A stretch of DNA of 64,000 nucleotides from positions 1-64,000 of the forward strand of contig JASFYY010000089.1 in assembly GCA_045046875.1 (NCBI GenBank), in the 5' to 3' direction. The stretch comes from Verrucomicrobiota bacterium. GTDB lineage: Bacteria > Verrucomicrobiota > Verrucomicrobiia > Verrucomicrobiales > DEV007. The notes under the pieces were generated by a model that did not search any database, was not told the DNA's origin, and saw only the letters and a program-made list of their open reading frames with translations. Made by a program: the position numbers and the translations under genes. Every line of letters begins with the position of its first letter. The stretch's first letter is position 1. Shown here one piece after another: positions 56,913 through 64,000 of this stretch.

Positions 56913-58907
56913 TTGAGTGACGAGGAAACAGCTGGAAAAGAGGCGCGCCGATCAGGGGTTTTAAAAGAGCTTTTGTTGGGGCGTAGCCGTGAGGAGCGGA
57001 TTTGGACCGTTTCTCTGAGCTTGTTGTTACTGGCTTGTTTGGTTTTTATTAGCCTTACTGGAGGAGATTGGGCTAAGGCGATGGCAGAGCGGGTGGAGGC
57101 GGGGAAAAGCCTCAAGCTTGAGCATTTCATTCGCACGGGACTGTGGTGGGCGGCGTTGGTGGCAGGGGGGATGGCGTTGCTGTTGTGTTTGAGCCGTAAA
57201 ATTTGGTATTTTGAAAGTGAAAAGACTGCCGGAAGGGGGGCGAAGTCGGGTAATCGTTTGCAGTGGTATGCTTGGATATTTTTGATTCTTGCGACTGCGG
57301 TTTTTGTGCGTTGGCCACGCATGGACTTGAGTTTGTACAACGATGAGGCGGATGTTTATATTCGTTACATTGACGGCAGCTTCAAAGGAGCCGCCTGGGA
57401 TCTGGAAACGGAGCAGTTGCCGAAGTATCAACAAAAGGGTTGGGATTCGACTTTCTGGGGCAATAAGCAGGGCAATAACCATGTGTTGTTCAGTGTATTG
57501 GCTCGTTGTTGTTATACTGTTGATCGCTGGATCAGCGGCAGGGTGCCGGGAGAGATTCATGAGTTGCCTTTGCGCTTGCCGGCGTTGGCAGGGGGCTTGT
57601 TATCGATTTTGATGGTGGCAATGGTTTTAAGGGAATTGGGGCGTCCCCAGGCGGGCATTTTTGCTGCTGCTTTTTTGGCGATGCATCCATGGCACGTAAG
57701 GTTTTCTACCGAGGCCCGTGGTTATGGGCTGTTGTTTGGCTTGATGATGCTGGCGATTTATTTTTTGATCAGGGCGTTAAAAGAAAAACAATGGAAATGG
57801 TGGATGGCTTATGCCCTTTTTCAGTGTCTCTATTTGTATTCCTGTTTGGCAGGAGTTTATCATGCGCTGGCGATCAATACGGCGGTGGCTTGTTTTTGGA
57901 TGCTGGGTGAATGGGGGAGGGTTGGTGGGCTCACCCGGATACGGCAATGGGATGGACGAACGTTCAAGGCGTTGGTGGTGTCCAATGTGATGTCGTTGAT
58001 TTTTTTCCTGTTACTGATGGGGCCGAGTATTCCGCAAATTTCCAGAGCGACCAAAACGATTGGGATTTTTAAATTAGGTATGCCGAGTGGATTGTGGCCG
58101 GATGTGATGAGTTATCTGGCTTTTGGCATGTCGTGGTTTGATGGGGATCCTGATAATCCGTGGAACCCGGCGGTTGAAAAATGGTTGCCGGGTGTGGTTA
58201 TGGTTTTGGGTATTGTGATCGTTTCGATATTGGTGTTATTGGGTATTCGAGCCTGGTGGAAATCAGGGATGGAGGGGCGAGTGGTTTTGGCTGGTGCAGG
58301 GGGATCGGTCTTGTTGGTGTTTGCTCTCAACTCGCTCAACGGGGGGACGGTGTTGTCTTGGTATTTATCGTATTTGACTCCGGTGGCGACGATGACTCTT
58401 GGCCTGGGATTGGCGGACTTGTTGCGTTTTCGCAGTCAGGCGGGGGGCGGTAAGGTGGTGATGCGCAATCGAATCATCTTGTATGCCGTGATTGCCATGT
58501 ATGCGGCGGTTGTGATGAAGCCGCTCAAACGTTACCGGGCTATTGGAAAACAGGCGATGCGTGATACGATCAAATTGGTTCGTGGTGGGGTGTATCCCTT
58601 TAACGAAGAGGAGCGGGTGCCGATCACGGCAGGTTGGTGGACCAATGCGGATATTTATGATCCGTATATGAAGATTGCTTACAACAAGGTGCAGATTGGT
58701 TTTCTAATGGATAAGGCGGATCGCGAAAAACGACCGTTTTATTTTGTGCTGGCCAATTACCCCAGTGCGGAGGCGGAGGATGCTTCGGTGCTGGAGTTAT
58801 TGGAGAAATCGGGTGAATTTAAGCTGATTAGAGTCTTTCCCGGTCTGGAAACCTATCAATACCGGGAATTTGTGTTCCTTTATAGAGGTGGAGGGCGTAG
58901 CAAGTGA
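56913..58907 (+). CDS. GT-C fold membrane glycosyltransferase (GT39/PMT_2/ArnT-like)
   Basis: SLYNDEA acidic loop motif after a TM helix, NNHVLFS, LRLPAL..G and HPWHVRFSTEARGY; many TM helices. Confidence 0.82.
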   Translation: MSDEETAGKEARRSGVLKELLLGRSREERIWTVSLSLLLLACLVFISLTGGDWAKAMAERVEAGKSLKLEHFIRTGLWWAALVAGGMALLLCLSRKIWYFESEKTAGRGAKSGNRLQWYAWIFLILATAVFVRWPRMDLSLYNDEADVYIRYIDGSFKGAAWDLETEQLPKYQQKGWDSTFWGNKQGNNHVLFSVLARCCYTVDRWISGRVPGEIHELPLRLPALAGGLLSILMVAMVLRELGRPQAGIFAAAFLAMHPWHVRFSTEARGYGLLFGLMMLAIYFLIRALKEKQWKWWMAYALFQCLYLYSCLAGVYHALAINTAVACFWMLGEWGRVGGLTRIRQWDGRTFKALVVSNVMSLIFFLLLMGPSIPQISRATKTIGIFKLGMPSGLWPDVMSYLAFGMSWFDGDPDNPWNPAVEKWLPGVVMVLGIVIVSILVLLGIRAWWKSGMEGRVVLAGAGGSVLLVFALNSLNGGTVLSWYLSYLTPVATMTLGLGLADLLRFRSQAGGGKVVMRNRIILYAVIAMYAAVVMKPLKRYRAIGKQAMRDTIKLVRGGVYPFNEEERVPITAGWWTNADIYDPYMKIAYNKVQIGFLMDKADREKRPFYFVLANYPSAEAEDASVLELLEKSGEFKLIRVFPGLETYQYREFVFLYRGGGRSK

Positions 58908-58925
58908 AAATAAGTGGAAAGTGGG

Positions 58926-58955
58926 TTGCTTTCGTTGGGGTAGGTCTGTTACTAT
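58926..58955 (+). promoter_or_regulatory. Candidate sigma70 promoter for the second secretin
   Basis: TTGCTT - 18 nt - TACTAT with an extended -10 TG, about 70 bp upstream of ATG 59023. Confidence 0.35.
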
Positions 58956-59022
58956 ACGGGTTTTTGACAAACAAGGGAAATCGAGAGGAAGGGTGATCAA
59001 ACAAGCAGACAAGCAGAAAGAG

Positions 59023-61524
59023 ATGAAGAGCGGGGCAGTGCTTCCGTTCTTTTGCCTTGCTGTGATTTCATTGTTGTCGTTGCCTTATGAACTAGTGCAG
59101 GCAGAGGGTGGTGAAGCTGGAGGGGGTGCCGGTGGTGCTAATGGGGGCTTGCCTGCGGTGGCGCAGAAAGAAGTTTTGAAGAGGCAGGCGCGGGTGAGGA
59201 ATTCCCAATCTTTGATTCAGGAGGCGGACCGTGCCTATCGTGATAAAGATTATGCTAAAGCCCTACCCTTGTATGTGCAGGCTTTCCAGGGTTTGGATCA
59301 ATCCCCGGCCAGCGCTTCTTTGCGAGAAGGCGTTTTTCAACGCTACCAGACTACCGTGGTGAAGTATGCCCGGCAGTTGGTGGATGAGGGGCATTTTGAT
59401 GCGGCTGAGAAAATGCTCAGTCAAGCTATGGCCGCTGCCAGGAACTCGGGTTTGCCTGCCGGGGTGATTTCACCCGATTTGCGCAAATTGTTGGGTCAGG
59501 TGAAATCGGATGATTATTTTAACAAAGCGCGCACGCCGATGCTCATTAAGAATGCGGCTGAGGTGGATCAGCTGCTGAAGGTGGCGCAGGGGCATGTGGA
59601 TCTTGGTAGTTTTGATGATGCTAGCAAAACCTATGCGCAAGTCCTTGCAGTGGATCCTTACAATGAAGCCGCTCGCCGTGGATTGGAGCAGGTGAGCCGT
59701 CTGGCGAGCGATTATTATAAAGCGGCGCGGAACCAAACTCGTGCGGAGATGCTGCAACGGGTGGCTGGTAGTTGGGAATTGCCGGTGCCCCATCAAATGA
59801 CTTTGACCAATACCATCAATAACCCGGATGATATTGGCTTGGGCGACCAGGCGGTGGCGATTCAGGAGAAGTTGAAAAATATTGTGATTCCTAATATCGA
59901 ATTTGAGGGTGCTCGTTTGATTGATGTGATTGATTTTCTTGTTCAAAAAGCCCAGGAGCTTGATGTGCGGGAACAGGACCCTCTTAAAAAGGGATTAAAC
60001 ATAGTTATCGACTCGGGAACAGGGCCGTCGGCGAATGAGCAGGCGGTGGATATCAAATTGAGTAACGTGCCGCTTGGAGAGGTTCTGCGTTATGTGGCTA
60101 CACGGGCGGGTTTGAAACCGAGAATTGAGTCTTATGCCGTGCGCTTGGTTCCATTGAGTGATGCTGATGATGCGGCGCTGGCGACTCGTCGGTATCAAGT
60201 GCCTCCAGGTTTTATTCGTGGAGGAGGAGATGGTGGTGCAGAAGGTGCTGGATCTGATGACCCTTTTGCCGAACCGGCGGGCGGTGGTGGCGGTGGGACC
60301 TTAGTGCGAAGGGTGACGGCTAAAGATTTTCTGATGCAAAATGGAATCACTTTTCCTGAAGGTGCCTTGGCCAAGTTTATTCCTGCGACGTCAACTCTGC
60401 TGGTGCGTAATACACCAGCTAATATCCAGTTGGTGGAGTCGATGGTGATATCTTCTCGTGGCGAGGGGGCGAAGATTATAAAAATAGATTTGCGCATGCT
60501 TTCGGTTTCTGAGAGTCGCTTGAATGAGCTGGGTTTTGACTGGTTATTGGGTGCGTCGAATGTGCCGGGCAGCCAGGGGGTATTTTTTGGTGGTGGCACT
60601 ACCGGGAATGCTAATGCGATTCCTTCCTCGGAGTATCCGTTTGTGGCACCGGGGGCGGGTGCGCCGGTTGGTAGGAATCCGGTGACAGCAGGCAATCGTT
60701 CAGGAAATGTGAAATCGACTCTAAGCATTGATGATATTTTGGAATCCAATACGCCTTCGGCCGCGGGGACGGAAATTACTAATGCTCCTGGGGTTTTTTC
60801 GGTTGCGGGGGTATTTACTGATCCTCAATTTCAGATGGTGATTCGAGCTTTGGATCAAAAAAAGGGAGTGGACCGTCTGTGTGAAGCGAGTGTGGTCACA
60901 CGTTCGGGAGATAAGGCAGTGATCAAGCAGGTGAGGGAGTTTATTTATCCGACGGAATACGACCCGCCTGAAATCCCAAATCAGGTCAGCACTGGTCCTT
61001 CAGCATTTCTTATTTTGCTGCCAGGACCAGTTATTATTCCTCTGAACGGAGGAGGGACTGTTCCTGTGACTCCGGCGAATCCGACTGCTTTTGAAACTCG
61101 TGAGTTGGGTAAGGTGCTGGAAGTAGAGCCTACTTTGGGGGCAGATAATATGTCGGTGGGGTTGAATATTACTACGGATGTTTCAGATTTCATTGGATTT
61201 ATCAATTATGGTTCGCCGATCACCGACGGGAATAGAGTGTTGACATCTAATCGCATCGTGATGCCGGTATTTGAATCAGTTAAGGAAACCACTAGTGTCA
61301 CAGTGTGGGATGGACAGACGGTGGCAATTGGCGGTTTGGTGGGAGAGATTGCGACCAAGGTGGAGGATAAAACACCGTTGCTTGGTGATTTGCCAGGGAT
61401 CGGGCGTTTGTTTCGCAGCAACGTTGATGATCGTTCCCGTAGGGCTTTGATCATGTTTGTTACAGTGCGGGTGCTTGACCCTGCGGGGGCACCTTTAAAT
61501 AAAGCGGTGGTTGCCAATCAGTAG
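59023..61524 (+). CDS. Second Amuc_1098-like secretin paralogue
   Basis: Same architecture as 47767-50469; shared blocks GVFTDPQFQMVIRAL, REFIYPTEYDPPEIPNQ, PVTPANPTAFETR and WDGQTVAIGGL. Confidence 0.92.
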   Translation: MKSGAVLPFFCLAVISLLSLPYELVQAEGGEAGGGAGGANGGLPAVAQKEVLKRQARVRNSQSLIQEADRAYRDKDYAKALPLYVQAFQGLDQSPASASLREGVFQRYQTTVVKYARQLVDEGHFDAAEKMLSQAMAAARNSGLPAGVISPDLRKLLGQVKSDDYFNKARTPMLIKNAAEVDQLLKVAQGHVDLGSFDDASKTYAQVLAVDPYNEAARRGLEQVSRLASDYYKAARNQTRAEMLQRVAGSWELPVPHQMTLTNTINNPDDIGLGDQAVAIQEKLKNIVIPNIEFEGARLIDVIDFLVQKAQELDVREQDPLKKGLNIVIDSGTGPSANEQAVDIKLSNVPLGEVLRYVATRAGLKPRIESYAVRLVPLSDADDAALATRRYQVPPGFIRGGGDGGAEGAGSDDPFAEPAGGGGGGTLVRRVTAKDFLMQNGITFPEGALAKFIPATSTLLVRNTPANIQLVESMVISSRGEGAKIIKIDLRMLSVSESRLNELGFDWLLGASNVPGSQGVFFGGGTTGNANAIPSSEYPFVAPGAGAPVGRNPVTAGNRSGNVKSTLSIDDILESNTPSAAGTEITNAPGVFSVAGVFTDPQFQMVIRALDQKKGVDRLCEASVVTRSGDKAVIKQVREFIYPTEYDPPEIPNQVSTGPSAFLILLPGPVIIPLNGGGTVPVTPANPTAFETRELGKVLEVEPTLGADNMSVGLNITTDVSDFIGFINYGSPITDGNRVLTSNRIVMPVFESVKETTSVTVWDGQTVAIGGLVGEIATKVEDKTPLLGDLPGIGRLFRSNVDDRSRRALIMFVTVRVLDPAGAPLNKAVVANQ

Positions 61525-61572
61525 TTTTTTCGCTGTTTGGGGCAATTATTTTTCACTTATTGCGCTTCGGGT

Positions 61573-61601
61573 TTGCGTTTCCAGCGTTTCGTTCCTAGTC
61601 T
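61573..61601 (+). promoter_or_regulatory. Candidate sigma70 promoter for parB
   Basis: TTGCGT - 17 nt - TAGTCT, ending 12 nt before the parB ATG. Confidence 0.35.
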
Positions 61602-61613
61602 GGAGCAAGAAAT

Positions 61614-62561
61614 ATGGCAAAACAGGCATTAGGAAAAGGACTTGGGGCTCTGATTAAGGCTCCCATTAAGACAAAGGCAGACAAGGCTCAAGCTGAAGGT
61701 GGATCGTCATTGGATGAAACCAAGGCGACTGGAGAGGCTTTTGAAGGCAGCGGAGGGGAACGAGTGAACCGGGTGCCTTTGGCGCGTATCGTGCCCAGTC
61801 CGTTCCAACCGCGTAAACATTTTAATGATGAGCGTCTGGGTGAGTTGATGGAGTCCATTCGTGAGCAAGGGGTGATCCAGCCTTTGATCGTTCGCGAAGT
61901 GGATGGGAAGCTGGAGTTGATCGCCGGTGAGCGTCGTTGGCGGGCTTGTCAGAAAATCGAAGCGGAAGAAGTGCCTGTCATCATCAGGGAGGCAAGCGAT
62001 GCCGAGGTGTTGGAGATGGCTCTGATCGAGAACCTTCAGCGTGAGGATTTGGATCCGATCGAGGAGGCCGAGGCTTACGCGCGTTTGTCTCGTGAGTTTG
62101 GGATGAAGCAGGAGGAAATAGCTAAGCGGGTTGGCAAAAACAGAGCGACGGTGGCCAATGCGATTCGCTTGTTGGATCTGGATCCGACGGTCAGCGCACT
62201 GGTATCGCAGGCCTTGCTTTCGACCGGTCATGCCAAGGCTTTGTTGGGGGTGAAAAATGCGGAAGAGCAACGTTTGTTGGCAGATATTGTTTTGAAAAAA
62301 CAACTCACGGTACGCAAAACCGAGAAGTTGGTTTCTGATCATTTGACGGGTGGGGACAAGGAGTTGAAAAAGGTGACGTCACCATCGTCGGCGAAGAGTT
62401 TGACGCCCTACATGCAGCAATTACAGGAGCGGGTTCAGGCTCATCTGGGTACTCGGGTGCGCTTGATGCATGGTGAAAAGAAGGGCAAGATTGAAATCGA
62501 GTATTTTGGCAATGATGATTTGGATCGCGTTTTGGGCGTGATCGGCTTGCCGGATGAATAA
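61614..62561 (+). CDS. parB: ParB/Spo0J chromosome partitioning protein
   Basis: ALGKGLGALI, PFQPRKHF, GVIQPLIVR, IAGERRWRA, ALIENLQREDL, HTH and GKIEIEY. Confidence 0.96.
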   Translation: MAKQALGKGLGALIKAPIKTKADKAQAEGGSSLDETKATGEAFEGSGGERVNRVPLARIVPSPFQPRKHFNDERLGELMESIREQGVIQPLIVREVDGKLELIAGERRWRACQKIEAEEVPVIIREASDAEVLEMALIENLQREDLDPIEEAEAYARLSREFGMKQEEIAKRVGKNRATVANAIRLLDLDPTVSALVSQALLSTGHAKALLGVKNAEEQRLLADIVLKKQLTVRKTEKLVSDHLTGGDKELKKVTSPSSAKSLTPYMQQLQERVQAHLGTRVRLMHGEKKGKIEIEYFGNDDLDRVLGVIGLPDE

Positions 62562-63531
62562 GCTCGGAAATATTTCGGCATTGGCTTTGTTGTTTTTTGT
62601 GCCGTGGGCGTTGAGTGCCTGTGGGGAGGGATTGGTTTACGATCCGGCCAGTGCGGTTCACAAGGAGTTTTCCGGGCAGCAGGCTCTGCAACAGGTGCAG
62701 CGGCAAATGCAACTTGGGCCACGGGTGGCGGGTTCGGACAGCTTGGAAAAGACCCGTTTGCATTTGCAGGAAGTATTGGCTCAGTGGGGTTGGCAGGTGA
62801 AACGGCAGGCTTTCAAAAAAAAAACGCCTGAGGGTGAGATTGAGTTTGTGAACTTGCGGGTTCGTTTTGTGGGGGGAACTACGGATGGGCGGACGCCGGA
62901 TGTGAAAAATCCTCAAATCTGGCAGCGGTCGGTTCTGGGGGTGGTGTGTTCACACTACGAAAGCAAAAAGTTTAAAGCTTTTGAGTTCAGCGGAGCTAAC
63001 GATCCGGGATCCAGTGTGGCGGTTTTGCTGGAGATGGCGAGGGTGATGGCCGGACGCCCGGCTCTGGCGGAAAAACTTGAGCTGGTCTTGTTTGATGGGG
63101 AAGAGGCTTTTGTCGATTATACCGATACTGACGGTTTGTATGGCAGTCGTTATTACGCGCAGGCCTTGCAACAATGGCCGCAAAAATCACGTCCTCGCTG
63201 GGGGGTGTTGTTGGACATGGTGGGGGATAAGGATCTGGCAATCCGGGTGCCGGCGGATTCTCCGGATTTCCTGGTGGGAAAATTATTCAAGGCGGCGGAC
63301 GAGTTGGGCTTGAGGAAATATTTTGGTCTGGGTAGTCAGAGAATCACCGATGATCACGTACCCTTGAACGAGGCGGGGATTCCGACGATCGACCTTATAG
63401 ATATGGATTACGCCTACTGGCACACTCCGGGCGATACACTTGACAAGTTGAGTGCGGAGAGTTTGCAGACGGTCGGGCAAGTGACTTTGCTGATGATTGA
63501 AAAGTATCTGCTGGACAAAAGCGGGCTCTGA
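62554..63531 (+). CDS. M28-family zinc lipoprotein, glutaminyl-peptide cyclotransferase-like
   Basis: Lipobox LSAC; SHYESK, GAND, FDGEEA, LLDMVG, DDHVP and WHTPGD. Confidence 0.85.
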   Translation: MNKLGNISALALLFFVPWALSACGEGLVYDPASAVHKEFSGQQALQQVQRQMQLGPRVAGSDSLEKTRLHLQEVLAQWGWQVKRQAFKKKTPEGEIEFVNLRVRFVGGTTDGRTPDVKNPQIWQRSVLGVVCSHYESKKFKAFEFSGANDPGSSVAVLLEMARVMAGRPALAEKLELVLFDGEEAFVDYTDTDGLYGSRYYAQALQQWPQKSRPRWGVLLDMVGDKDLAIRVPADSPDFLVGKLFKAADELGLRKYFGLGSQRITDDHVPLNEAGIPTIDLIDMDYAYWHTPGDTLDKLSAESLQTVGQVTLLMIEKYLLDKSGL

Positions 63532-63559
63532 CCTTTCTGTCCGCTTTTTCTATAGACCT

Positions 63560-64000
63560 ATGAGTGAACAAGTCAGCGATCTGAATATCCAGCATAATGT
63601 GCCCCTGCCGGCACCGGCCTTATTGGCTCATGAACAAGCCCGAACCGCATCACAAGCGAGGGTGGTGACAGAAGGGCGCGAGCGGATTCAAGCGATACTG
63701 GACGGGAAAGACCAGCGCTTTGTGGTGGTGGTGGGGCCTTGTTCGATTCATGACCCGGTGGCGGGTCGTGAATATGCTGAAAGGTTGGCGGAGCTACGTG
63801 AGAAGGTGGAGGACTGTATGGAGTTGGTGATGCGGGTGTATTTTGAGAAACCCAGGACAACCGTGGGGTGGAAAGGTCTGATCATGGATCCTGATCTGGA
63901 TGGTTCGGCGAATATTCCGCTGGGCTTGCGCAAAGCGCGTGGTTTTTTGCAGGAGGTGTTGGATTTAGGTGTGCCGACGGCTACCGAGTTTCTCGATCCG
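63560..64000 (+). CDS. 3-deoxy-7-phosphoheptulonate (DAHP) synthase, class I-alpha (AroF/G/H type), truncated by the window end
   Basis: Manual translation from ATG 63560: MSEQVSDLNI...VVVGPCSIHDP...MRVYFEKPRTTVGWKGLI...TEFLDP. It has no stop in the window, so it is absent from the ORF track. Confidence 0.95.
   Translation, partial: MSEQVSDLNIQHNVPLPAPALLAHEQARTASQARVVTEGRERIQAILDGKDQRFVVVVGPCSIHDPVAGREYAERLAELREKVEDCMELVMRVYFEKPRTTVGWKGLIMDPDLDGSANIPLGLRKARGFLQEVLDLGVPTATEFLDP

Overview
Gene-dense bacterial chromosome segment, very likely from a Verrucomicrobiota (PVC-superphylum) organism. The basis is four Cys-type sulfatases, two DUF1501 genes, a PSD1/planctomycete cytochrome-c protein and an Akkermansia Amuc_1098-1102-like pilus/secretin cluster. 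The left two-thirds (1-40.9 kb) is mostly accessory. It holds secreted hydrolases and oxidoreductases, an AT-richer five-gene island (about 20.9-26.3 kb: membrane-anchored hypothetical, Cys-nucleophile alpha/beta-fold protein, Wzy_C/O-antigen-ligase-like membrane enzyme, small acidic secreted peptide with its own terminator, core-less YD-repeat protein), an FMN-binding/4Fe-4S membrane protein operon and a prokaryotic pentameric ligand-gated ion channel coupled to mutM. The right third is mostly housekeeping: tRNA-Asp with a tRNA-linked repeat, rplS-rnhB-yraN, the pilus cluster, coaE-rho-rnd, a GAFTGA-less NtrC-like regulator, an MFS transporter, a GT-C glycosyltransferase, a second stand-alone secretin paralogue, parB, a glutaminyl-cyclase-like M28 lipoprotein and the 5' part of a DAHP synthase. 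I saw no CRISPR array, rRNA, integrase or transposase. All assignments come from reading motifs by eye; no database search was run.
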